From: Antedon mediterranea
Taxonomy: Eukaryota; Animalia; Echinodermata
Assembly (NCBI RefSeq): GCF_964355755.1
Contig: NC_092670.1
Location: 8,608,201 to 8,672,200, forward strand
Direction of reading: 5' to 3'
DNA: 64,000 nucleotides
Of the stretch, positions 1-11,500 are shown piece by piece. The translations under genes and the position numbers were made by a program. Below the pieces are notes generated by a model. The model was not told the origin of the DNA, did no database searches, and saw only the letters and a program-made list of their open reading frames with translations. Position 1 is the stretch's first letter. Every line of letters starts with the position of its first letter.

Positions 1-241
1 TATGGAGCGCCAAAAGAGCAACAATAATAGTACATGTATAAAAACAGAAAGAAAACGAAACAAAAAAACTTATCATGATTTTTAAATTAAAATTTATTTG
101 CCAGTATTTATTTCTTCGTACTTGCATGATTATACTATTATCATTACAATTTTAATTTTACATTGTTCCATCCACACTGTAGATGGACTCCACAGAGTTT
201 TCAGCCCTCTATATAATTGTTGCTCTTTTGACGTTCCATAG
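1..241. mobile_element. MITE with ~25 bp terminal inverted repeats (left end at window edge)
   Basis: tatggagcgccaaaagagcaacaat at 1-25 versus attgttgctcttttgacgttccata at ~216-240. Confidence 0.6.
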
Positions 242-455
242 AAACAAAAACATTGAACATACTGTATGGGGTAGGCCTACTGTACTGTAGGCTAGTCATT
301 TTGTGTTCGAGAAAAACGTCTTTATATCATTTTAAAAATGTATTTGTTACTTTTTATGTGATTCTCTTTCATGAAAGTGCCAATTCTAAGGTGTGGTATT
401 CAGAATAAATGTTGGGAGTTAAAATACAAGGCAGGTGCGAAAGATATATATTTGT

Positions 456-540
456 AATCTTAGGTCTTGGGTCTTAGCTTTCGTGATCTTAGGTCTTAGG
501 GGGGTCTTAGCTTTCGTGGTCTTAGGTTTCGTGACACCCC
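456..540. repeat. GGTCTTAG(CTTTCGT) short repeats, probable end of a DNA transposon
   Basis: Repeated ggtcttag / ctttcgtg units ending in gtgacacccc. Confidence 0.4.
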
Positions 541-2044
541 CATCTTTGGGCATTATTATGAGCAATCTTGGTATACTTTAGCAGTCACTTGTCTAGCACA
601 TATTCGTTAAAGTGACCGGGTAGGCAACAGCTGCGAGTTGATCGTCTGGGCTCTGATACTGACAATGTAATATCCACATCATGAATGTCAGTTGATGTGC
701 GGACATCATGGGAGAAGTGGTTTCAGAGTCGGCAGTGGTACTGCAGACAATGGATCAACCTAGTATGAGTGATCGGCTGGGATTGGCAGCTTAATTAGTA
801 TTTTAGTGAGTGTTGTCTCAGAAAGATGGTAATCATCAACGCTGTTCGAGTCCTCTTGGTAACACAGTTGACGCCGCTGCGATCGAGGAGATGGTGACAA
901 AGCCTACCTTGTAGCATTCAGTATGGTTGACTTTGTACACTGTACTGACTGTACTGATAGTACTTTTGTTCTGTTTTATTGAATGATGCCGTACCTTGTT
1001 TTTGATTTTTGTATGTTACCTGGAAATTGAATAAAATAAAATAAAATAAAATAAAAAATAGACTAAAGTGCTATCAATTGACGTTACAAGATATGTAGTT
1101 GATGGGCCATGACTTGTTACAATCGGCTAAGACTTTAATATCAGAGCTTAATGAAAAATGATGCGTTGGAGCCTTTGACTTTTCGCTATGTGCATGATTG
1201 ATACAAAGTTTGACAGAATTAAGTGACTGTGTGACAGAGGAATTTAGTCGTTAGTAAATTGGTCGCGTTGCGTCCACATATTGCTAGACCACTGGAACGT
1301 AGTCTAGTGTTTAAGCAAGCCATGGTAATTGTAAGCATTCCGTTCTTTTGTAGGGCCAAGGAGTTCAACATTACGGAATACGGACAGCGTTCTCAGTGAT
1401 TGGGTTCTTATTTGGGTTTTTGGTCCAGGAGCAAGGTTGGCGCGGATTACAGTGTATGGGCCATAATAAGGCCTATAGAAAGGCCGATTAAACCTTAGTG
1501 TAGTAGACTTCCATGCAGTACATGACATTCGCTGTCAATAATGTACACAGCTGTACAGTACATGATGTTACACATTCTCACATCACTAGAATGATTTTAC
1601 ATACATTTGCCGCGAAGGTGGTACCAAACTGGGTTTCCAGTGGACTGCAGGATATCGGTATGTGAGTGCGAAGATGGCATCTCTATGAGAGGTGGAAGCT
1701 ATACCATATTTCTTGACGGCGCACAGTGGGCCAGTCAATTCAAAGTGTGCAAAAAGTCCAAAATGGTAAATGTGGCAATCCAAAATGTTTAATATTGTAT
1801 TAGGAAGAAGACTAAAATTATATATTGTTTAATAATAATTTTATATTTCGTAAATTTAATTGTGTAACCATGGAAAGTGGGAGAAACCATGAAATTTTAC
1901 TTAAAATGAGCAAAAACAATTTGATAAGTTCACTGTTATTTTTTTTAGAAAAAAGCAATGGTTTTGATACTGCATTACATTTTTATCTGTTACTAACCAT
2001 ATATTTGTGACAAACTTTATTGATAACGTAAACAAATTTATTTA

Positions 2045-3150
2045 TGTACTGTAGTTCATCTGACCCACTTAGGCTTCAAAATGAAATAGATGTAAATTTT
2101 AATCAAGTTACTCAATGGCTTAATGATAACCAACTAACATTAAATATTAAAAAGACAAAGCTTATGGTTTTTAGTACTACTCACATCACATGTATACAGT
2201 AGTAAGTTTAAAAATATCTCTGTTTCTTTTAATAACCATATTATTGAGAGAGTAAATTCTTTTAAATATTTAGGTGTAACTTTTGACACTAAACTACTGT
2301 AACATGGGCGGATCATATTGATAGCCTTTCATCAAAAGTTGCCAAACGCATTGGTGTTATACGTCGTATAAAATATTTTATTCCATCAAACACTCTGAAA
2401 ATGTTAGCCAATGCACTAGTTATTCCTTTATTTGATTATTGTAGTTGTGTCTGGTCAAATTGTAAAGTAAACTTTTCAGATTCTCTTCAAATTTTATTAA
2501 ATAGATTTGGTAGAATATTATTATCTGTAGATATCAAAACTCATGTTAGTGATATCCTAAACTCACTTGGTTGGAGTACACTAAAGGACAAATGGAATGA
2601 ACATATTCTAATATTACTTTTCAAGTGCCTAAATGGACATGCACCACCCTATTTATCAACTCAATTTACATTTACTGAAGATAGTCACAATAAAGGTACA
2701 CAAAGTCAAAGTAACAACACTTTGATAATACCTAAATGGAATAATACTCAAGGTAAAAGAACTTTTAATTACAGATCTACAAAGTTATGGAACTTTCTAC
2801 CTAACAAAATAAAAAATGATCTTTATGATATGACAGTATCAACTTTCAAATCACAAATTTCAAAACTTTAATTTTAATTCAAAACTAAATCTAATTAATG
2901 CTCAATGATTAAAACTTCTTTTATCTTGTTTCAAAATCTCAATTATTTCTGTTTTTACCTTTAAATGTGCTTACTTTAATTGTGTTAATTTGATTTTTAT
3001 AATTTTAGGTTTAATTTTATATTTTCTTTTTTCCATTTATATACTGTATTTTGTTTACATTTATGTAGTTAAGAACTGAACCACTTTGGAAATCAGTACA
3101 TTGTATTGAAAGTGTATTTCAGAATAAAGAAAGATTAAATAAATAAATAA
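2045..3150 (+). mobile_element. CR1/L2-group LINE, 3' fragment (RT C-terminus, disrupted)
   Basis: Translated LTLNIKKTK, SFKYLGVTFD, VAKRIGVIRRIK and ORF 2401..2871 (IPLFDYCSCVWSNC...GKRTFNYRSTKLWN); tail aataaa...(taaa)n at ~3123-3150. Confidence 0.85.
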
Positions 3151-3640
3151 ATTTAAACTAGGCAATGATTTTCGATTTTCTCCCTTTTTTCATTTTAAAA
3201 ACTGTTTTCCTGTTTTTATTTGTTATTGGAATTTCTCTGTATGCTCTTTGTACTGTATTTTTTTGATGTGTTTTTTCATTATCATGGTTTTTGATGTTTT
3301 TTGTTATAATTTTAAGAGCTTTGTCTGTGTATATACAAACTTCAAATTTTAAATATTTTATATATTTAACAATAATGCTGTGCAAGCAGCGCATTCATTC
3401 ATTATAAGGGTTGTACTTTACCCCCAACTATACCAAAACAGTGCAAGGGTGACACATGAAATAGGTCAGGTTTGAAACTTAAAAGCATCTTGGTATCGAG
3501 TAAACCATTCCGATTTTATTGTTTTTTAAAAATCGAAATGATACTCACACCATCACAAAAAATAAACAATAGATAACAGTTTAGTAAAGATACTATACAA
3601 TTTTTGTTAATAATCAAACACCAATGTTGTATCTTCGCAG

Positions 3641-3721
3641 ATAATGGAGTCAAGAATACGTCATTATATGCTAAGAGAAGGAGTTAGGCAAGAAACTATT
3701 GATGCCCTTCAAGACAAAAGT
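3641..3721 (+). CDS. SAM-like exon A, upstream duplicate (MESRIRHYMLREGVRQETIDALQDKS)
   Basis: Acceptor cttcgcag, ATG at 3644, donor gttagt at 3722; near-identical to 8439-8519. Confidence 0.6.
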
Positions 3722-4514
3722 GTTAGTGAATAAACATTTAAATTCTATGTGTATTAATTAATTAATTTACTATGTCTCCAGTAGTTTGTAATACAGTATG
3801 CCAGGTAACTTTGCTTCCAATCTTTTCACTGCGTACCCAGTGTAATATGCTGATGCTATAGTTATTTTGAATACCACCTGTACATGATTACTATACAGTA
3901 ATAAACAACTTAATTTGCATCATATGAAGTCTGTATCAATTCATTACAGTAGCAAATATTTTCCCTAAGACTGAACTGCTTAAAAAATAATTGTTTTAAA
4001 TTTTGCCTACCAGTACACCCTCTCTATATTTTTTCTGACTAATTTAAGTTACTTGCAATTCTTGAAAAAAACTTGTTCTTGGACATAGAAGGACTTGCAT
4101 CAGAGATCCACGTCACAGCCTAATCAACTGCGCCCCCTGTCTAGGACTGGCTGGCCAACCAGTTCCAGCTTGCATTCCTTTTGAGAGTAGACATTTCAAC
4201 ATAATGGTGCAAACTAAATCCTATGTTCAGAAATTGTGCTACTGTACATTGATTTATTCATTGAGTCGATCCGGAGAATGGCATTGGTAAAAAGTGAAAA
4301 CGTATCTAAAATCTTGTTCACATCCAAATCCTGTCAAAAATTAAATTTGCGCTAAAACTAGAAAATTCCTAATGGAGTCTTCTGTGGACTAAGTTCTATC
4401 AGTGTAATCAACATTTGGTCAAAATCTGTTCAGTATTTTTGTATTAGTAATCTTACTAACAGACAAATAAAGCATGCAGTAACCTCCATTGTAAACATGG
4501 TTATTCTTTTACAG

Positions 4515-4646
4515 TTGAATTCTGTTGCTCAGATCAACAAGACATCTGACGAGACTCTGTTGACGACTTATGGACTGAAATCAATTGAAATTGAGAATAT
4601 ACGGCGTGGAGTTGAAATGTTTGAATTGCATCACAAAAAAGAAACG
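4515..4646 (+). CDS. SAM-like exon B, upstream duplicate (LNSVAQINKTSDETLLTTYGLKSIEIENIRRGVEMFELHHKKET)
   Basis: Acceptor ttcttttacag, donor gtaaag, open, phase 0-0; paralog of 9331-9462. Confidence 0.6.
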
Positions 4647-4840
4647 GTAAAGTGTGCAGATTTCTAGACATTGTATATTATTAGGCAGTACTGTACTACA
4701 CTGTATACTTCTTTGTGTATTCTATCTATCAGTATGTATTGCCTTTCCATATTTATCTTTGACATTTTTTACACCTACTCTATCAGAATTGTAAAAATTA
4801 TTAAATATGTTTTCAATAATGATTATGTTTTTAACCACAG

Positions 4841-4888
4841 GAAGATAAACCCAAGTCAATTAAGACTGTTGTGTCGTTTCGTTTTTAA
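4841..4888 (+). pseudogene. Truncated duplicate of exon C (EDKPKSIKTVVSFRF*), donor lost
   Basis: Matches 9812-9850, then a deletion removes the rest of the exon and its donor; reads into TAA at 4886-4888. Confidence 0.65.
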
Positions 4889-5184
4889 ATGATCATAAAG
4901 TAAAAAGGCTACAGTACCATTAATAAATAAAATTCCATCTCGGAAATAATGTCATATGGCCATTAGAGTGTGGTGCAGATGCTTCAATGGTTAGTAAATT
5001 TTCCTGCTATCCATTATAAGGGTTGTACTTTACCCCCAACTATACCAAAACAGTGCAAAGGTGACACTTGAAATAGGTCATGTTTGAAACTTAAAAGTAT
5101 CTTGGTATCGAGTAAACCATTTCGATTTTATTGTTTTTTTAAAATCGAAATGGTACTCACCATCACAACAAAATAAACAATAGA

Positions 5185-8100
5185 CTAGACATGAAACTCG
5201 TCACTTTGACGAGTTAGTTATCCGCACCACGACAAACGCCACGTGCACGTCATATGTTGGAATATTGCACACAGATAAAGATTATGGCATTATGACAAGA
5301 ACTGAAGAATATGATATGCTGTTAGTGCTGAATTCTGTCATTTTTGTGTCATATAGTATATACATGCAAACAGTATAATCTGTATACATATTACATACAG
5401 TGTAGAATAGGTGAAATTACGGGACCCGCCATTTATTCCAATTTTTAACATGGCGACATTATCAAAATGAAACAATTAGATAGCAATTTCAGAAGGAAAT
5501 TATCTCAGGAACAACATATTAACGTGTAGAAGAAATTTGAATACGTAAAATATAGATGCGCACCCTTTTAAATGTGATGAACTATTACGCAAAATATGAA
5601 AATACGACTTTTTTTATTCAACTGGCCATATGATGACGTCACAACATCCGATTGGTAAAATGTTTACATGAATTTGTATCTACAATCCAATAGCTTCCAG
5701 AAAACGTTTTAATCGTGATTATCACATTATATTCTTACGAGCTATTACAGATTAAAATTTACTGTAAAGATGAAATTAATGACCCGCGTAATTAAAATTT
5801 TTAGGCATGATGACGTCATAAAAATTAAAATATTTTTATCTCGTGCTAAAGAAAGTTGATTGACCTACACAATATATAAATGTAGGAGAAAAAGGAATAC
5901 AGATAAGCGTGATGCGCTCCATTGAATGTGATGAGCAATAACGAAAGAGACAAAAATCCTATATTTTACATTCGTGTGGCCATACGATGACGCCACAATG
6001 TTTTTTTAGCCTTATCGATGCATGATCCGATATCTACAACTCATCAACTTCTAGATTTTGTAATAAAAATAAACGGTTCACGGTTTACTTTAGAAACTAT
6101 GACTGTTTAAAAAAAGACATCATTTTGACGAATTTTTAAGCTTTTTCATAAAAAAACGCGCATGAATTGTCTAATTCAACGTGTTCGTATGCCGTTATTT
6201 AAATTGGAAAAGGTCTACATTGTTTTAAAAATTACTAGGAAAGGCTTGAAAAATATAATTCAAGAGAAAAAAATATGTTTTTAATGCTACGTGCGCACCG
6301 CGTGCGTAAAAAATTGCGCGCCCGTGCTAAAAATGACATGAAACGCGTAAAAAGTTGATTAGAAATTAATTTTGCGCATTTTGAAATTTTAAATGCGCGT
6401 GCGCGCGTAACTTCTTGTAAAACATGCCATTTTTAATCCGTAGAAAGTTTGCCCCTGATATGACTTAAATTTTGTCAAAGTGTCAATACTAAATGACTTT
6501 TGGTTTTTAATCTATATTCAATCATTGAAATTCATAAAATTGCGCGTAAGTCACGTTGCGCAACTATGACGTCATTCAAAAATAGGAGGTGCACAACTTC
6601 ACGTAAATGACCATATGCTGTCAAAGTTATGAAATGTTATGTTTACACATTTTAGAGAAACGCGACTCACAAAAAGGAAGGAAGGAAACAAGAATAATAC
6701 AGAAAAACTAGATTTGAACTCGTCACTTTGACAAGTTCGGGTTATCCGCGCAAACGCAACATGCACATACTTTAAACTATATGAACTTCGACAATTGTTA
6801 TGCCATCCTATGACATGAATTAAGTATGTTTACAGTGTTGAATTAAACCTATTTTGTAGCATACAGCATATTACAGTATTTACAGAATACATTGTATGTT
6901 ATATACAGTGTAGCATAGACGAAATTACGAGACCCATCTTTTAAATCCAATTATTAACACGATGACGTCATCAAATTGACATATAAAGATATTTTATATT
7001 AAGATAATTATCTAAATAATTACATTAATACAAATTTGAGGAATTTTGGGCACGTAAAAGAGAGATGCGCTCTCGTTTAAACGCAAGGAACTTTTACGTA
7101 AGAGATGAAAATATGACCTTTTGAATTCAACTGCCCATATAATGACGTCACAACATCTGATTGGCAAAATATTCACATGAATTTGTATCTACAATCCAAT
7201 ACCTTTCAGAAAACGTTTTAATCATGATTATCACTTTTTATTCTGACGAGCTATAACAGATTGAAATTTACTGTAAAGATGAAAATAGGTGACCCACGTT
7301 ATTTACATTTTTAGACATGATGACGTAATAAAAATTAAAATATTTTTAACTCATGCGAAAGATAGTTGATTGACCTAGACAGTATTAAAATATCTGAGGA
7401 AATGGAATACGTATAAGCGATATGCGCTCTATTTAATGTAATGAGCAATAGCGAAACAGTCAAAAATCCAATATTTTACATTCGTGTGGCCATACGATGA
7501 CGTCATAACATCCGAGGGGTAAAGATTCTGCATGAATTCATATCTATAACATATCTGCTTACATATTAAATTAAAAAAATTGGGGGTAACGGTTGATCCT
7601 GAGGAGCTATAATAGATTCAAAGTAGGCATAATTTTGACAATATTTTGTCACTTTTGCAACTAAAACGCACGCAAATTGTCTAAATCAACGTGTTCGTAT
7701 GACGTCATTTTAATTTGAAATGATGTAAATCTTTTTTAAAATGACTAAGAAAGGCTGTAAAATCATAATTCAAGAAAAAAACACATGATTTTCATGCTCC
7801 ATGCGCACCTTACGCGTAATTTTTTTCGCGCGCGTGGGAATTTTTGACATGCTAAAAATGTCATGATCAGCGTAGAAAGTTGATTAGAAATTAATTTTGC
7901 GCATTTTTAAATTTTAAATGCGCGTGCGCGCGTAACTTCTTGTGAAACGTGTCATTTTTAATCCATAGAAAGTTTGCCCTTGATATGACTTAAATCTTCA
8001 CCAAGTGTCAATACAAAACGACTTTTGGTTTATAATCTATGACCAATCATTGAAATTCATAAAATCGCGCGTAACTTACGCTGCGCAACTCGAACGTCAT

Positions 8101-8351
8101 ATAACGAAGTTTCTTGCACATCTACAGCTACAGGTCAATCTTTTGACAAAGTTATACAATCTTATGTTGACATGGATGAGAGATATGCGACGCACAAAAA
8201 TCCGGGAAAGAAAGAAGAATAACAAAGAAGATGAAAAAAAAGATATTTACAATCACAAGGGTTATCCGCAACTTAAAGTTGCGGATAACCAAAAATGTTG
8301 ATCTCATACAATAACAAGGAGTTATCCGCTTGGTATACCAAGCGGATAACT
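5185..8351 (-). mobile_element. Non-autonomous Helentron/DINE-like element (outer copy)
   Basis: Absent from the paralogous unit 1 site (aacaatagataacagt). One end has ctag, the hairpin actcgtcactttgacgagt and subTIR gttatccgc; the other has the palindrome gttatccgcttggtataccaagcggataac; no clear TSD. Confidence 0.7.
6708..8290 (-). mobile_element. Related Helentron/DINE-like element nested in the outer copy
   Basis: Same end architecture (ctag...actcgtcactttgacaagt...gttatccgc; ggttatccgcaacttaaagttgcggataacc), internal homology to 5185-6707, inserted in an A-run. Confidence 0.7.
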
Positions 8352-8438
8352 AATAACAGTTTAGTAAAGATACTGTATGTATGTACTATTTTTGTTGATA
8401 ATCAAACACCATTATCAACTAATGTTGTATCTTCACAG

Positions 8439-8519
8439 ATAATGGAGTCAAGAATACGTCATTATATGCTAAGAGAAGGAGTTAGGCAAGAAACTATTGA
8501 TGCCCTTCAAGACGAAAAA
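8439..8519 (+). CDS. Exon A, SAM-like part 1 (MESRIRHYMLREGVRQETIDALQDEK)
   Basis: Acceptor cttcacag, ATG at 8442, donor gttagt at 8520. Confidence 0.75.
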
Positions 8520-11500
8520 GTTAGTGAATAAACATTTAAATTCAATGTGTATTAATTAATTAATTTACTATGCCTCCAGTAGTTTGTAATATATACAATA
8601 TGTCAGGTACTTTGCTTCCAATCCTTTCACTGCGTACCCAGTGTAATATGCTGATGCTATAGTTATTTTGAATACCACCTGTACATGATTACTATACAGT
8701 AATAAACAACTTAATTTGCATCATATGAAGTCTGTATCAATTCATTACAGTAGCAAATATTTTCCCTAAGACTGAACTGCTTAAAAAATAATTGTTTTAA
8801 ATTTTGCCTACCTACCAGTACATGTCACCCTCTCTATATTTTTTCTGACTAATTTAAGTTACTTGCAATTCTTGAAAAAAACTTGTTCTTGGACATAGAA
8901 GGACTTGCATCAGAGATCCACGTTACAGCCTAATCAACTGCTCCCCCTGTCTGGGACTGGCTAACCAACCAGTCCCAGCTTGCATTCCTTTTGAGAGTAG
9001 ACATTTCAACATAATGGTGCAAACTAAATCCTATGTTCAGAAATTGTGCTACTGTACATTGATTTATTCATTGAGTCGATCCGGAGAATGGCGTTGGTAA
9101 AAAATGAAAACGCACCTAAAATCTTGTTCACATCCAATGCCTGTCAAAAATTAAATTTGCGCTAAAACTAGAAAATTCCTAATGGAGTCTTCTGTGGACT
9201 AAGTTCTATCAGTTTAATCAACATTTGGTCAAAATCTGTTCAGTATTTTTGTATTAGTAATCTTACTAACAGACAAATAAAGCAGGGTGATGCAGTAACC
9301 TCCATTGTAAACATGGTTATTCTTTTACAGTTGAATTCTGTTGCTCAGATCAACAAGACATCTGATCAGACACTGTTGAAGACTTATGGACTAAAATCCA
9401 ATGAAATTGAGAACATACGGCGTGGAGTTGAAATGTTTGAATTGCATCACAAAGAAGAAACGGTAAATTGTTCAGATTTCTAGACATTTTTTTTTTATTA
9501 GGCAGTACTACACTGTAGCCTATACTTCTCATATTTTGTTTGTTTTGTCCAGTTACATATTTTCTATACTGTTTTCTTTTTGCTTGGTAAATATTGACAT
9601 TTATTTATTAAATATAAAATATATCATTTAATGAATTATTTATTAATTAGTCTAGTATGTATTGCCTTTCCATTTCATTCCATGTTTATCTTTGACATTT
9701 TTTACACCTACTCTATCAGAATTGTAAAAACTTGATCGAGTAGTTACCTACTGTTTTTCTAAAAAATTATTAAAATATGTTTTGAATAAACGATTATGTT
9801 TTTAACCACAGGAAGATATAAAACCCGAGTCAATTAAGACTGTTGTGTCGAATCCGACTTGGGATCCGACTTTTCAAGAGGCCACCAGCTCTAGAGAAAC
9901 AGAGGTAATGGTTCGTAAGAATGTTTAAATGATCATAAAGTAACAAAGCTACCATTAATAAATAAAATTACCTCTCAGAAATAATGTGATATTGCCATTG
10001 GAATGTGGTGCAGATGCTTCAATGGTAAATTTTCCTGCTATCCATTCATGCAAATTGTACCATGTACATTTTTCTACTACAACCAGATAGATAAAAACTT
10101 GATAAAAATTTTAATAATTTACATTTGTTTATCAGTTGATCTCAAGTTAAGGTTCTCAAAAATTCTTACAAAGATAAAAACAGTGAGAAGTTTGCAAAGC
10201 TACAGTAAATCTGCTATATGAACATGTCCTCAGAGTCGTCATTTTTTTAAGGCTAAATTTGTAATTACTTTGTATACCATTACATAATTTAGCAAATATA
10301 CTGTAAAAATATTAAACTTCATTTTTCTAGTAGTTTAATAGTTCAAGCTTAACCTGGATGATAGATGGTGGTGATATAATGGACAACTGCATCTGAATCT
10401 GACCTTGGAAAGACAGATTAAACAATTAATATCTAAATAGTTGTAATTATGCCAATCACCTATAGTAATTCTATGTACTGTAGTTATGAATTTAACTTTA
10501 GTTGTATCTAAACTAATTTTTTAAATGTTGGAAATTTTGTGTTTACTTTTTATGATTTTAAGGGAGCACATAGCAGTCAGAGACATGAAGATTTCTTAAT
10601 GGGCAGGTGAGTTATTTAATTCTAGACAATAAATTCAAGAAAAATAACGTTTTTAACTTTCCTTATTGGAAAATAAAAATCACAAGAATTTAATTATTGA
10701 ATACCCCTGAATGCTTTGTTTTTTAGAAATATATTGGAAAAGGCTATTGTTGAGGGAAAAGGATTGCAAGAAATTGAAAAAATATGTAGGAATGAACCAC
10801 ACCTTGTGAAAACCATCAATAAGGTATGGCAAATGTATGCATTCACAATTACCAAGAACAAATTGAATTTATTAATTTATTTATGAAACAATATCTATGG
10901 TACCCAAATTATAAAACATATTTAACAAATTATGGTTTATCTGTGATGATTAAAATGAAATTGTGAAAGAATTTCAAAGAAACGGACAGCATTTTTACCT
11001 GTATACCAAACACTACAATACTGCTTATAAAAAGATATGCACAGAACCATCTAGAGAAGAGAACACAAATATTTGTAACTGTTTTTAGTTACAAAGTTAC
11101 AAACAATTACTTATTGGATTGGTTGTTGTGTAAAAGATTTTTAAAGTAATTTTCATTTAGTTTATTCAATTTTACCTTCCAAGAAAACTAAATAAATGTA
11201 TTATATTATAAAAATATTGCTGATTACATGCATTCACATTTAGCTGCCGAGAACGCTAATCAAATTTATTGTATTTAATTTTTACGATTACGTTTTTATT
11301 TCGAAAAATAGAAGTTTAGTGGTAAAAATAATAGAGAATGTAGACCTATCAAAACAGACACTTTTAATTAGTCAACTTGGTATTATCATGTGAAATCCAA
11401 GAAAGTGTTTGCAATTCTTTCTATCCTTAAACATGTAAAACCTTGGATTAATTTAGGTCAACTTTCTCTTTCTCTTGTTCACCAAATTTTGAATACCGCA

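Larger units (their letters stand above)
3400..10046 (+). repeat. Tandem duplication of the 5' SAM module (unit 1 3400-5011; unit 2 5012-10046 including a TE insertion)
   Basis: cattataagggttgtactttaccccc at 3400 and 5012; both units end in tttcctgctatccatt; introns colinear. Confidence 0.9.

Noticed and set aside
575-1060. GC-richer segment ending in an (aataa)n tail
   Set aside because: Probably a retroposon 3' end, but no diagnostic motif was recognised.
1100-3400. Promoter or first exon of the ankyrin gene
   Set aside because: Exon A has an acceptor, so an upstream exon is likely, but no candidate could be supported from sequence.
8005-8301. 98-aa ORF upstream of exon A
   Set aside because: Lies wholly inside the Helentron-like repeat; no domain signature.
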